DNA from: Candidatus Beckwithbacteria bacterium
GTDB lineage: Bacteria > Patescibacteriota > Microgenomatia > UBA1400 > CG1-02-47-37
Assembly (NCBI GenBank): GCA_026397255.1
Contig: JAPLVF010000007.1
Span: 3,129 to 67,128 of the forward strand
Direction: 5' to 3'
Length of the DNA stretch: 64,000 nucleotides
The position numbers and the translations under genes were made by a program. A model generated the notes under the pieces. The model saw only the letters and a program-made list of their open reading frames with translations, ran no database searches and was not told the DNA's origin. Shown here piece by piece: positions 48,143 to 58,175 of this stretch; positions within the stretch are counted from its first letter, which is position 1, and every line of letters starts with the position of its first letter.

Positions 48143-50758
48143 ATGAGTAACTGGCAACGAGAGTGGCGGAGAAGGGTCAATAAACTGAAGGAATTTTCTC
48201 ACAGCTACAGAATTAGAACTAAGGCAGATTTTATTAAATTTGTGGCTTTGTTAACGTTTGTCGGTTTAGTGGTTGGTTCGCTATTAGGAGTGGTTTTATT
48301 TGCCTGGTATTCACGGGATCTACCCCAACCCGGTAAGATTGTCAGGCGGGAAGGGTTTGCGACGAAAATTTTAGACCGCAACGGTGAACTTTTATATGAT
48401 GTTTTTGCTGATCAAAAACGGACCCCGGTCACGTTGGATAAAATACCGGAGAAATTAAAGGAGGCGACGGTAGCGATTGAGGATAAAAATTTTTATAAAC
48501 ATCAGGGATTTGATCCTATGGGTTGGTTGAGAGCGGTGTTTAATATTTTAGTGCGCCATAGTTTGCAAGGCGGATCAACCTTGACACAACAGTTAGTTAA
48601 GAATGTGTTATTGACTTCTCAAAGAACCATAGGGAGAAAGATTCAGGAATTTGTACTGGCAGTAGAGATTGAAAAAAAATATACCAAAGACGAAATTTTG
48701 CAGATGTATCTAAACGAAGCCCCTTACGGCGGAACGGCTTGGGGAGTGGAGTCGGCTAGTGAGACATATTTCGGAAAAAGCGTGACTGATTTAAATTTAG
48801 TGGAGTGTGCAATTTTGGCCGGCTTACCCCAATCGCCGACTAGCTACTCGCCGTTTGGAACGAGTCCGGAGGCTTATAAAACCAGGACTAAAGATGTTTT
48901 GCGGCGGATGAGAGAAGATAGCTATATTTCCAAAAGCGAAGAGAATCAGGCTTTGAATGATTTAAATCAAGTTTCGTTTGCTCAAGAGGGGGCAGATTTC
49001 AAAGCGCCGCATTTTGTGATGTATGTCAAGCAACAATTGATTGATCGTTACGGCGAAAAATTGGTCGAGCAAGGCGGGTTAACAGTAACGACGACGTTAG
49101 ATTGGCAATTGCAGGAGAAAGCGCAGGTAATTGTGGCGGAGGAAATTAAAAAAGTGGAGAGTTTGAAGATTACTAACGGGGCGGCGATGGTATTAGATCC
49201 GCAGACCGGAGAAATTTTAGCGATGGTCGGATCAAAAGATTATTTTGATGAAAACTATGATGGTAAAGTGAATGTGAATTTGTCACAGAGACAACCGGGG
49301 TCAGCGATTAAACCAATTACTTACGTGACGGCGTTTAAAGAGGGTTATACAGCGGCAACAATGTTGGTTGACGTGGAAACCGTGTTCCCCGGCGGCGTTA
49401 ATTTGCCGGAATACAAACCGAAAAACTATGACGGGAAACTTCATGGTCCGGTACAATTAAGATACGCTTTGGGAAGTTCTTTAAATATTCCGGCGGTGAA
49501 ACTGTTGCAATTGGTAGGGATTAAAGATATGTTAACAACAGCTTATAAAATGGGTTTGACAACACTGGAACCGACTCAGGAGCACGTGAATCGTTTCGGG
49601 CTGTCAGTGACACTGGGTGGCGGTGAAGTGCGTTTGATTGACATGGTGGCGGCCTACAGTGCTTTTGCCAACACCGGACTAAAAGTGGAGCCGATCAGTA
49701 TTTTAAAAGTGGAAGACAGCAACGGGAAGGTGTTGGAACAGTTTAAACCCACCCAAGGGCAACGGGTTTTAAGCGAGGAAGAAGCTTGGTTAATTACCGA
49801 TATTTTGTCAGATAACAATGCCCGGTTGATTAGTTTTGGGCCCAACAGTTTGTTAAATATTAGCAACCGGACAGTGGCGGTGAAAACCGGAACCACTAAT
49901 GATCAAAGAGATAACTGGGCAATTGGGTGGACGCCGGATATAATGGTGGGTGCTTGGGTAGGAAATAATGACAATACGCCGATGAAAACAGTGGCGTCAG
50001 GGGTTTCCGGGGCTTCACCAATCTGGAGACGAATTATTTTGGAAGCGATTAAAGATAAGCCGCTGAAAGAATGGGCAGTGCCGAAAGGAATTGTAAGTTT
50101 GGATGTCGACAGCATCTCCGGCTTAGTCAGCCACGACGGTTATCCGTCCAGGAAAGAATATTTTATTAAGGGGACGGAACCGGTAGGAGTAGATACTATT
50201 CACACTAAGCTGAAAGTTTGTAAAGGTCAGGAAAAGTTGGCTCCGGATACGCTAGCGGCCCGGGGCGATTACGACGAAAAAGAATATATTGTGTTAAAGG
50301 AAAGCGATCCTGGCGGCGGCAGCCGCAACCGCTGGCAGGAAGGAATTGACGCCTGGATTAACGGCCAAAGTGACGGCAGGTATAAATATCCCAAAGAATA
50401 TTGCAGTGATTCAACTGAGGTGGTAGTGGAGATTGAAGAACCTGGGGATAAAACTCAAATTAATTCTCATGATATTACTATAAAAACTAAGGTGACAGGT
50501 AATAGTTCAATTAAACAAGTAGAATTTTACGCAAATGATGAAAAGAAAGGCCCGACTTTAACGAGTAAACCGTTTGAAACGACAATTTCTTTGGCTGATG
50601 GGATATATACAATTAAAGTTAAAGCAGTTGATGAAAAAGGAAATGTTGGTGAAAGTCAGATTAAGATTGGGGTGAATAAACCTTGGGATTGGCAGCCCTC
50701 ACCGAGTCCGTCACCGTCATTGAGTCCATCCCCCTTTCCATTGCCTCCTAGCCCTTAA
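48143..50758 (+). CDS. Class A penicillin-binding protein with C-terminal Ig-like domain
   Basis: EDKNFY.H.G, GGSTLTQQLVKN, QPGSAIKP, SLN, KTGT. Confidence 0.95.
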   Translation: MSNWQREWRRRVNKLKEFSHSYRIRTKADFIKFVALLTFVGLVVGSLLGVVLFAWYSRDLPQPGKIVRREGFATKILDRNGELLYDVFADQKRTPVTLDKIPEKLKEATVAIEDKNFYKHQGFDPMGWLRAVFNILVRHSLQGGSTLTQQLVKNVLLTSQRTIGRKIQEFVLAVEIEKKYTKDEILQMYLNEAPYGGTAWGVESASETYFGKSVTDLNLVECAILAGLPQSPTSYSPFGTSPEAYKTRTKDVLRRMREDSYISKSEENQALNDLNQVSFAQEGADFKAPHFVMYVKQQLIDRYGEKLVEQGGLTVTTTLDWQLQEKAQVIVAEEIKKVESLKITNGAAMVLDPQTGEILAMVGSKDYFDENYDGKVNVNLSQRQPGSAIKPITYVTAFKEGYTAATMLVDVETVFPGGVNLPEYKPKNYDGKLHGPVQLRYALGSSLNIPAVKLLQLVGIKDMLTTAYKMGLTTLEPTQEHVNRFGLSVTLGGGEVRLIDMVAAYSAFANTGLKVEPISILKVEDSNGKVLEQFKPTQGQRVLSEEEAWLITDILSDNNARLISFGPNSLLNISNRTVAVKTGTTNDQRDNWAIGWTPDIMVGAWVGNNDNTPMKTVASGVSGASPIWRRIILEAIKDKPLKEWAVPKGIVSLDVDSISGLVSHDGYPSRKEYFIKGTEPVGVDTIHTKLKVCKGQEKLAPDTLAARGDYDEKEYIVLKESDPGGGSRNRWQEGIDAWINGQSDGRYKYPKEYCSDSTEVVVEIEEPGDKTQINSHDITIKTKVTGNSSIKQVEFYANDEKKGPTLTSKPFETTISLADGIYTIKVKAVDEKGNVGESQIKIGVNKPWDWQPSPSPSPSLSPSPFPLPPSP

Positions 50759-52587
50759 ATTTTGCCGACTAGCTGGGCGTGGAATTTTTGGGATAAAACA
50801 GTCACAATTTTTTGCCTGATGGGAGCGATATCGGAAACGGATAAGTCTTTAGCCAAGCTTTGATAAACGAGGGTAAAAGTAAAATTGTGCTGATAAGTCT
50901 GGGAAAGATTAACAGATTTTATCAGTTTATCGATTTTTTTAATTGCTTCCAAGATTGGTCCAATTAAGGTTTTTCCCGGTAAGGTAAAGGTTAAATCTTC
51001 GATAATCGGGGGATGAGAAGAAACCGGTTGATAATGGGGGTAAATAGAGGCTTTTTTAAACACAGGCAGTAAATCAATCACCACAGAAGTTGGTTGATAT
51101 TGAGGAGTAATTGCGGTGTGAAGTTTGGCTGATAAAACTTCCACGATTCCCTTTAGGCGTAGGTAATCGTTAATACCACTGATGATCAGTTGCAATTTTT
51201 CTTCCGGTAATTTCCCGGGGCGAGGAATATAGACGTTAGCGATTTCAAAAGCCGGAAAAGATTGAGTATGGGAAGGGATCAAGGAGCGGCGCAAATATTG
51301 CCAGTCTTCCGATAGGGCGTTTTTAATCTTTAAGTGTGACGATAAAGGAAAGCCAGAATTGACAGCTAATTCTTTCGAAACCATGGAGTTGGTGTAAATT
51401 TCCGTTAAGCCCATGCCTGTCAGCCAGGTTTTAAGTTGATACTCGAGACTAAATTTTTCGTCTGGGTAGTTGGTGGGAATAGCGGTAGTCATGATTTGAC
51501 TGGGTAAACGGTGGTAACCGTAAATCCGGGCCACTTCTTCGACAATATCCTCGGGGATATTAATATCTTTGGCGCGCCAGGAAGGGATGGAGCCGTTAAT
51601 AAATCCCAGAGAATTCAGAATTTTATCCACTTCTGGTTGAGTGATTTCGATTCCTAGGCGTTCTTTGATTAATTGAAGCGGAGCTTTGACCATTTTTGGC
51701 TGATATGGTTTGGGATAAAGATCAATAATTTTACTTCCTTGTCGCCCATTAGTTAACTGTTTAAATAATTGAATTCCCTGGATTAAAACTGGCATAACTA
51801 ATTCCGGATCAGAGGCTTTTTCAAATAGTGTTGCCGCTTCGGTTCTTTGGGCTAAAGACATTGAAGTATAACGGATATTTATAGGATTGTAGGTTTGGAC
51901 AAATAATAAAATGTTTTTCGTGTTTACGTCGACGGCCGTATTAAAGCCGCCCATGATGCCACACAGGTCAATCAATTGCCCGCTAGCGTCTTCGATAACA
52001 ATATCTTTTCCCGTTAAGGTAAAAGTTTTGTTGTCCAGAGTGGTAATCTTTTCACCTTTTTTAGATAAACGAAGTTTCATGATTTTATTAATTTTGTCGA
52101 AATCAAAAGCATGGACTGGTTGACCATAAGCGCGCATTAAGTAGTTAGAAATATCAATAACATTATTGAGACTGCGAATGCCGGATTTTTCGAGCCGACC
52201 GCTAATCATTTTTGGCGACGGTTTAATAGCGACATCTTTGATGACTACTGCACTAAATCTGGGACAGAGTTGTTGGTCAACAATGACTTTTAAAGGGAAA
52301 GGTTTGCCTACAGGGAGAGAACCTGCAGGTTGAAAAAGGATATTTTTGAGTTTGGCTTTAAAGCCAAACTGGGGCAGAATGGCGGCGGCTTCGCGGGCGA
52401 TGCCCATGACGGACATGCAGTCAACCCGGTTAGTGGTAACTTCGATTTCGTAAAGATAATCATCTTTAGTTTTTGTTAGTTTTTCGACTGATGGACCACA
52501 AAGCGAGAGACACTCGGCAATTTTTGAGGGCGTTGCGTCGGTTTGTAAAAAATCGGTTAGCCAGGAATGAGGAATGGTAATATTCAT
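50755..52587 (-). CDS. pheT: Phenylalanine--tRNA ligase beta subunit (short form)
   Basis: EVTTNR.DC.S..GIARE, GQPVHAFD, PSWR.DI...DIVEEVARIYGY. Confidence 0.93.
   Translation of the reverse strand: MNITIPHSWLTDFLQTDATPSKIAECLSLCGPSVEKLTKTKDDYLYEIEVTTNRVDCMSVMGIAREAAAILPQFGFKAKLKNILFQPAGSLPVGKPFPLKVIVDQQLCPRFSAVVIKDVAIKPSPKMISGRLEKSGIRSLNNVIDISNYLMRAYGQPVHAFDFDKINKIMKLRLSKKGEKITTLDNKTFTLTGKDIVIEDASGQLIDLCGIMGGFNTAVDVNTKNILLFVQTYNPINIRYTSMSLAQRTEAATLFEKASDPELVMPVLIQGIQLFKQLTNGRQGSKIIDLYPKPYQPKMVKAPLQLIKERLGIEITQPEVDKILNSLGFINGSIPSWRAKDINIPEDIVEEVARIYGYHRLPSQIMTTAIPTNYPDEKFSLEYQLKTWLTGMGLTEIYTNSMVSKELAVNSGFPLSSHLKIKNALSEDWQYLRRSLIPSHTQSFPAFEIANVYIPRPGKLPEEKLQLIISGINDYLRLKGIVEVLSAKLHTAITPQYQPTSVVIDLLPVFKKASIYPHYQPVSSHPPIIEDLTFTLPGKTLIGPILEAIKKIDKLIKSVNLSQTYQHNFTFTLVYQSLAKDLSVSDIAPIRQKIVTVLSQKFHAQLVGKI
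52306..52330. repeat. Family A-related palindrome inside pheT
   Basis: GCCTACAGGGAGAGAACCTGCAGGT; first 11 nt identical to the copy at 21926. Confidence 0.65.
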
Positions 52588-52591
52588 AAAT

Positions 52592-53638
52592 TTATAATTG
52601 ATTTAAAAAATCCAAATTAGTGCTGTATAAAAGGCGGATATCGTCAATATTAATTCCCGGTTTAAGCCTGAGAACCCGTTCCACTCCCCAACCGAAAGCA
52701 AAACCAGAATAGATTCGGGAGTCAATTTTACCGGCCGTTAAAACATTAGGGTGGATCATGCCGGCGCCGCCGACTTCCACCCAACCGGATTTGCAGAAAC
52801 GGCAGCCTTTACCTTGGCAAGCGGTGCAGGTAAAGTCGACTTCAAAAGACGGTTCGGTAAATTGGAAATGAAAGGGCCGAATCCGGGATTTAATGCCGCG
52901 GCCGAAAAATTGTTCGCCAAAATAATCCAAGGTGCCCTTAAGATGTGAGATAGAAATAGCTTTATCAATTACCAGGCCTTCAAATTGGTGGAACATAACT
53001 GTATGGGTAGCATCCTGCTGGCGGCGGTAACATTTGCCTAAGTTAAGCATGCGAATCGGTGGACCTGCCTGCGCAGGCAGGGTTTTAACTCTTTCCATTT
53101 CCCGGACTTGGCCGTTGGAAGTATGGGTGGTTAAAACCATTTTGCCCATTTGGTTGTCTTCCGGGGTGTCGATAAAAATAGTTTCCCATTCATCCCGGGC
53201 TGGATGGCCGGCGGGCATATTTAGGGATTCAAAAACGTACCAGTCCCAATCAACTTCCGGATAGCGAACGCGGGTAAAACCGATATGTTCAAAGATACGG
53301 GTGATTTCTTCAATGGCTTGAGTGATGGGGTGAAGATGGCCTAAGGTTGGTTGTTTTCCGGGCAGAGTCGGGTCGAACCAAATGGTTTGATGGGTATTGG
53401 TTAAAGTCTTGAATTTGGTAGAAATAGCTTGTTCAACGGCGTTTTTGACGTCATTAGCCAGACGGCCGACTTGGGCTTTAGCGGTTTGATCAAGCTGAGG
53501 AATAGTTTTAAGGATTAGGGTAATTTGCCCTTTGCGACCCAAATACTCAATCTTTAACCGTTCAAGGTCATTTTTGTTTTCTGTTTGATTGATTAAAGCC
53601 AGGGCTTGGTTTTTCAAATTTAGCAACTTAGTTTCCAT
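52592..53638 (-). CDS. pheS: Phenylalanine--tRNA ligase alpha subunit
   Basis: HPAR, HTS..Q.R, F.Q.EGL, F.FTEPS.E, GFAFG.G.ER. Confidence 0.96.
   Translation of the reverse strand: METKLLNLKNQALALINQTENKNDLERLKIEYLGRKGQITLILKTIPQLDQTAKAQVGRLANDVKNAVEQAISTKFKTLTNTHQTIWFDPTLPGKQPTLGHLHPITQAIEEITRIFEHIGFTRVRYPEVDWDWYVFESLNMPAGHPARDEWETIFIDTPEDNQMGKMVLTTHTSNGQVREMERVKTLPAQAGPPIRMLNLGKCYRRQQDATHTVMFHQFEGLVIDKAISISHLKGTLDYFGEQFFGRGIKSRIRPFHFQFTEPSFEVDFTCTACQGKGCRFCKSGWVEVGGAGMIHPNVLTAGKIDSRIYSGFAFGWGVERVLRLKPGINIDDIRLLYSTNLDFLNQL
53064..53081. repeat. Perfect 18-bp palindrome inside pheS
   Basis: CCTGCCTGCGCAGGCAGG, encodes LPAQAG. Confidence 0.75.
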
Positions 53639-53655
53639 AAATATTAGAATAGCAT

Positions 53656-53680
53656 AAAAAAACCTCCTCTTGGGAGGTTT
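53656..53680 (-). terminator. Intrinsic terminator between rplT and pheS
   Basis: AAACCTCC-CAAGA-GGAGGTTT-TTTT. Confidence 0.7.
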
Positions 53681-53704
53681 AAAAAGTTCAAAAATTAACC
53701 TCCC

Positions 53705-54046
53705 TTAAGAAGCTTTGGTAAAGACAAATTTAAAAGTAGCGGGATCAGAGACAGCCAAGTCAGCTAAAATCTTGCGGTCAAGATCAATTTGGTTCGTTTT
53801 TAAAGCTTTAATAAATCGGCTGTAGTTTAAGTCAGTACCAGTCAGAGCCGCGTTAATTCTTTGAATCCACAAGCGACGGAAGTTTCTTTTTGTCCGTTTG
53901 CGGCCGTGATAGGCATAAGCGCCGGCGTGAATAACAGTTTCTTTAGCGGCTTGATATTGCCGGCGGCGGGCCATAATAAAGCCCTGGGCCATTTTTAAAA
54001 CTTTTTTGTGATGTTGGCGACGGACAATGCCGGTTTTAGCACGCAT
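53705..54046 (-). CDS. rplT: 50S ribosomal protein L20
   Basis: AY.GRK..KR.FR.LWI.RINAA, LDRKILADLA. Confidence 0.96.
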   Translation of the reverse strand: MRAKTGIVRRQHHKKVLKMAQGFIMARRRQYQAAKETVIHAGAYAYHGRKRTKRNFRRLWIQRINAALTGTDLNYSRFIKALKTNQIDLDRKILADLAVSDPATFKFVFTKAS

Positions 54047-54047
54047 A

Positions 54048-54260
54048 TTATTTTCCTAGCATTTTAACTAACTTTTTAGCCATACTGCCGAAAACTTCCT
54101 GAGGAGCACGTTTACGGCGGCTGTTTTTCCGGCTGCGGTTGGCTTTTAAGTGACGGTTTTGGTTGCAGCGCCTTAAAATCTTACCGGTTTTGGTAAAGCG
54201 AAACCGTTTGGCGACGGAGTGCCTGGTTTTTAGTTTAACGATTTTATTTTTTTTCTTCAT
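54048..54260 (-). CDS. rpmI: 50S ribosomal protein L35
   Basis: KLKT..S.AKRF..TKTGKI; between infC and rplT. Confidence 0.9.
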   Translation of the reverse strand: MKKKNKIVKLKTRHSVAKRFRFTKTGKILRRCNQNRHLKANRSRKNSRRKRAPQEVFGSMAKKLVKMLGK

Positions 54261-54777
54261 ATTTTTTTCCTTTAATCGGGCTAAAAATAGTCCACAAAAG
54301 TTTACCTTGCATTTTAGGTTGTGACTCTTGTGTACCGTATTCTACCACTTCTTGGGCGGCTTTTTGCAAGAGTGTAAAACCAAACTCTTTGCGGCTGATT
54401 TGGCGACCGGTAAATTTAACGGTTAATTTAACTTTATTATCCTCGCTTAAAAATTTTTTAGTTTGTTTCATGCGGGTTTGAAAATCGCCCTGGGCAATAA
54501 AAGGAGTAATCCGAACCTCTTTTTGCTCGGTATTTTTGGTTTTTTTCTTACCTTCTTTTTCTTTTTGGCTTTGAATATACTTAAATTTATTAAAATTGAT
54601 AATCCGGGCGACGGGAGGATTGGCCTTATCAGCGACTAAAATTAAATCCATGCCCATTTGCCGGGCTTTGAAAATCGCTTCGTCACGGGACATGACGCCG
54701 ATTTGTTTTTCATCCGGTCCGACGACCCGCAGTTGTGGTGCGCTAATATACTGGTTAAGTTTATAGAACTTCTGCAT
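54244..54777 (-). CDS. infC: Translation initiation factor IF-3
   Basis: N..I.A..LRVVG, DL.LV...A.PPVARI, KEVRI, KVK....F.GR; start placed at MQKF. Confidence 0.92.
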   Translation of the reverse strand: MQKFYKLNQYISAPQLRVVGPDEKQIGVMSRDEAIFKARQMGMDLILVADKANPPVARIINFNKFKYIQSQKEKEGKKKTKNTEQKEVRITPFIAQGDFQTRMKQTKKFLSEDNKVKLTVKFTGRQISRKEFGFTLLQKAAQEVVEYGTQESQPKMQGKLLWTIFSPIKGKKYEEKK

Positions 54778-54787
54778 AAATATCAAA

Positions 54788-54823
54788 AAGGTTGGACCTT
54801 TTGGAACCAGAAGGTCCAACCTT
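54788..54823. repeat. Inverted doublet of AAGG-N5-CCTT units
   Basis: AAGGTTGGACCTT-N10-AAGGTCCAACCTT at the thrS stop. Confidence 0.65.
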
Positions 54824-56549
54824 AAAGGATAATTTTTTCTTTAATTTCTTTTTGTATTTTATCAGTAAACTTTTCTATTGTCATCTGCCCAAAATCTTTA
54901 CCGGAACGGTGACGGATAGAAACAGTTTTATTGCTTACTTCTTTTTCCCCAATAATTAACATATAACTGACTTTTTCCTGTTGGGCGTCGCGGATTTTAG
55001 CGCCTAAAGATTCAGCTCGGTCATCTAGTTCAGCCCGGATATTATTGGCTTTAAGCTGATTAATAATTTTACGGGCATAATCGTTTTGTTTGTCAGTAAT
55101 CGGCAATATTTTTACCTGTACCGGAGTTAGCCAAGCGGGAAAGTTTCCGCCAAAGTGTTCAATTAAAAAGGCCATCGTACGTTCAAAAGCCCCTAAAGAC
55201 GAACGGTGGATGACTACCGGTTCTTCATCTTTTCCGTCTTGATTGATGTAAGTCATTTGAAAACGTTTGGGCATAACAAAATCATATTGAACCGTAAAAG
55301 CAGTTTCTTCTTTGCCTAAGACATTCTTAATTTGCACATCAATCTTAGGACCGTAAAAAGCAGCCTCATTAGGGGCTTCAAAAAATGGCGCTTTAGTTTT
55401 AACTAAAACTTCACGTAAAATTTGTTCCGCTTCTTTCCAAGCCTTAGAACCCTGCTGATCCCCTAGTGATAAGCGGTAGCGATAATCAATGCCTTTTTTC
55501 ATCCCTAAAGTTTTATTAACATAATCGATTAAATCGAGCACGGAAATTATTTCGGCTTTAGCTTGTTTTTTAGTCACCATAATATGAGCATCAGCTAAAC
55601 AAAAAGTGCGAACTCTCATTAAGCCGGTTAGCTCGCCGCTTTTTTCATAACGGAACTGAGGAGAAAGTTCAGCAAATCTGACCGGTAAATCTTTATAGCT
55701 ACGCGGTTTTGATTTATAGAGCATAAAGTGATGAGGACAGGTCATCGGCCGCAAAATTAATTCTTCTTCGTCAATTTTCATGGGGGGATACATCGTGTCT
55801 TTATAATAGGGGTAATGACCGGATTTTTTATAAAGATCAGTTTTAGCTAAGACAGGTGTGTAAACGTGTTGATAGCCGCGTTTAATTTCTTCGTCAACAA
55901 TAAAACGCTCCAGTTCTCGGCGAATAACTGAACCGTTTGGAGTTAATAAAGGCAAGCCTTTACCAATTAGATCAGAAAAGACAAAGAGATCGAGATTTTT
56001 CCCTAAGACGCGATGATCGCGCTTTTTGGCTTCTTCCAAAAGTTTCAGATACTCATCTAATTCTTTTTGGGAATAAAAAGCCGTGCCGTAAATCCGGGTT
56101 AACATTTTATTTTTCTCATCGCCGTGCCAGTAAGCACCGGCAACGGATAAAAGTTTGAAAGCTTTAATTTCACTGGTGGATTTAACGTGCGGGCCGGAGC
56201 AAAGATCAACAAATTTATTTCCAGTCCAGTAAACCGTCGGTTTATCAATTTCCTGAAGCCATTCCTGTTTGTACAGATTGTCATTAAATAAGTCTTTCGC
56301 TTCTTTTAGAGGTAAAGTTTTTTTAGCAATTGCCAGGTTGCGGGTAATAATAGACAACATTTCCGCCTCGATTTTAGGAAAATCAGCTTCGGATATTTTT
56401 TCCTCGCCTTTCCACTCAAAGTCCATATAAAAACCGTCATCAGTCGCCGGCCCCATCGCCGGGATGACTTTATCGCCATATAAATTAATCATGGCTTGAT
56501 GAAGCACATGTTCAGCGGTATGGCGTAATGGATGTAAATCTTTTGGCAT
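54822..56549 (-). CDS. thrS: Threonine--tRNA ligase (no TGS domain)
   Basis: LRHTAEH, DLC.GPH, RDHR.LG, RPMTCPHH, AAFYGPKID. Confidence 0.96.
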   Translation of the reverse strand: MPKDLHPLRHTAEHVLHQAMINLYGDKVIPAMGPATDDGFYMDFEWKGEEKISEADFPKIEAEMLSIITRNLAIAKKTLPLKEAKDLFNDNLYKQEWLQEIDKPTVYWTGNKFVDLCSGPHVKSTSEIKAFKLLSVAGAYWHGDEKNKMLTRIYGTAFYSQKELDEYLKLLEEAKKRDHRVLGKNLDLFVFSDLIGKGLPLLTPNGSVIRRELERFIVDEEIKRGYQHVYTPVLAKTDLYKKSGHYPYYKDTMYPPMKIDEEELILRPMTCPHHFMLYKSKPRSYKDLPVRFAELSPQFRYEKSGELTGLMRVRTFCLADAHIMVTKKQAKAEIISVLDLIDYVNKTLGMKKGIDYRYRLSLGDQQGSKAWKEAEQILREVLVKTKAPFFEAPNEAAFYGPKIDVQIKNVLGKEETAFTVQYDFVMPKRFQMTYINQDGKDEEPVVIHRSSLGAFERTMAFLIEHFGGNFPAWLTPVQVKILPITDKQNDYARKIINQLKANNIRAELDDRAESLGAKIRDAQQEKVSYMLIIGEKEVSNKTVSIRHRSGKDFGQMTIEKFTDKIQKEIKEKIIL

Positions 56550-56558
56550 AATTGGCTG

Positions 56559-56632
56559 TGGACGATACAGGATTTGAACCTGTGGCCTCTACAATGTCAA
56601 TGTAGCGCTCTAACCAGCTGAGCTAACCGTCC
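56559..56632 (-). tRNA. tRNA-Val(GAC)
   Basis: TAGCTCAGCTGGTTAGAGC D-arm; CTACA-TTGACAT-TGTAG; GGTTCAAATCC. Confidence 0.95.
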
Positions 56633-56677
56633 ACTAGAAAATATTCTATCAGAAAATGAAAGGATAAAGAAGTTTAT

Positions 56678-57250
56678 TTATCCAGCCTGGGTGGCGGCGG
56701 TGCGGTCGGCAGACAGCATAAAGCTAGTGCCGCCTTTGGTGACACCCTGCCAATAAGCGGACTTACATTGAGAGCGGTGATTATGCATTTGCAGCCAAGT
56801 TCTGGAATCGGCAATTTTCTTTTTGGCCAGTTTAATTAATTGAATTAAACGCTCAAAGAAATTTTTGTGATAAATTCCCGGATTAACGACAGCCTGAAAA
56901 GCGGCTTTATCCACTTCTTCGATTAAACCGATATGTTCTTTGGCTAATTCTTTAATCTGAATTTGCAGGGTGGCAATTTGGGTTTTGATTTCCTGTTTGT
57001 CCCGGGAAAAAATAACTTGCTCTTCCCGGCGGATAGCCTCAAAGTGCATTCTTTCCTGACTGCGAATTTTATTTTCCTGTTGATTTAGGAATTCTTCAAA
57101 GTTAAAACCGCCGTCTTGGATCCCCGCGGCAGGTTGGGTTTTCGATTGAGAACCACTGGCATCCTTAAAGGCCTCCAAAAAATTTTGGAATTTTGGACTA
57201 CTCTTTTTCTTTTTTGATTGATCGCTAAGCGAATTCATTTTTTTGATCAT
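56678..57250 (-). CDS. Conserved-looking hypothetical protein (DUF5660-like)
   Basis: PG.YH..FFE, S.TWL, YW....GTSF.LS..R.AATQAG. Confidence 0.6.
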   Translation of the reverse strand: MIKKMNSLSDQSKKKKSSPKFQNFLEAFKDASGSQSKTQPAAGIQDGGFNFEEFLNQQENKIRSQERMHFEAIRREEQVIFSRDKQEIKTQIATLQIQIKELAKEHIGLIEEVDKAAFQAVVNPGIYHKNFFERLIQLIKLAKKKIADSRTWLQMHNHRSQCKSAYWQGVTKGGTSFMLSADRTAATQAG

Positions 57251-57302
57251 TAGCGCCTTATGGCAGGCTTAATTTTAATTTGTCTATTTGGCGCGAATTA
57301 TA

Positions 57303-58163
57303 TCAAAGACCGATAAGATAGTCAATTGCCTGACGTTTTCTTAAGATTGAGCCAATATAGGCTCTTTGAGTGGGGGTATTCAGTTCTTTTTTGAGTTTTT
57401 CGTCACCGGCAGCAGAAATCATTTGATCAACTTCCTTGTCTTCGACTTTGAATTTTCGGTCTTCAGCGATAGCCTGTAAAATAAGTTCCAATTTTAAAGT
57501 ATTGGTGGCAGTGGCTTGATATTCTTGCCTGATTTGAGCGACTGTTTTGTTATTGGAAACCGCATATTGATCTAGGTTCAAGCCCAATTTTTGAATTTGG
57601 TCTAAAAGACGGCTAAGCAAGCGGTCGCGTTCATCATTAATTAATAGGTCAGACAGATCAATTTTAGTTTCTTCAAGCAGGGCCTTGGAAATCAAATTCA
57701 GTTTTTGGGTTTGAGTTAATTCCTTGTCTTTTTTAGCGTCGATTTTACCCTTGTCAGGAGTCCAGAATTTGGCGGTAGCGAGGGCGCCATGACAGATTTT
57801 TTGATAATCCCCGAGTTTGATTTCAGGTAATTCACAGCTGGTGGCTTTAAACTGCCAGGGCTTATTCTCTTCAGCGGAGATAATAGTAATTTTGGGGCTA
57901 ACGGCCGGTCTTAATTTATGTTCAGCGATAAGTTTGGCATAAGAAAGCGGCAGAAGTTGGTTAATGACTTCACCGTAAAGTTTGCCCTTATCGACGTTTT
58001 TTTCCACCAGGGTTTTGGGAGCTTTTCCTTGGCGAAAACCCTCGATTTTAACCTCTTTAACTAAATCGTTGAGAACTTTGTCGTAGGTAGTTTTAACTTC
58101 TTCCCAGGGAAGGGAGAATTCCAGCTCAAAGGTTTTTTTAGGAAGCCACGTCAGCTTGGTCAT
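57303..58163 (-). CDS. tig: Trigger factor lacking PPIase domain
   Basis: I.GFRQGKAP ribosome-binding motif plus C-domain; only 286 aa. Confidence 0.88.
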   Translation of the reverse strand: MTKLTWLPKKTFELEFSLPWEEVKTTYDKVLNDLVKEVKIEGFRQGKAPKTLVEKNVDKGKLYGEVINQLLPLSYAKLIAEHKLRPAVSPKITIISAEENKPWQFKATSCELPEIKLGDYQKICHGALATAKFWTPDKGKIDAKKDKELTQTQKLNLISKALLEETKIDLSDLLINDERDRLLSRLLDQIQKLGLNLDQYAVSNNKTVAQIRQEYQATATNTLKLELILQAIAEDRKFKVEDKEVDQMISAAGDEKLKKELNTPTQRAYIGSILRKRQAIDYLIGL

Positions 58164-58175
58164 GGCAGGATTATA

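Noticed and set aside
50695-50755. PSPSPS repeat at the PBP C-terminus
   Set aside because: Ordinary Pro/Ser low-complexity tail with varied codons
54778-54819. N-terminal extension or non-AUG start of infC
   Set aside because: The extension runs through the palindrome doublet; an in-frame ATG at 54777 fits IF-3 length
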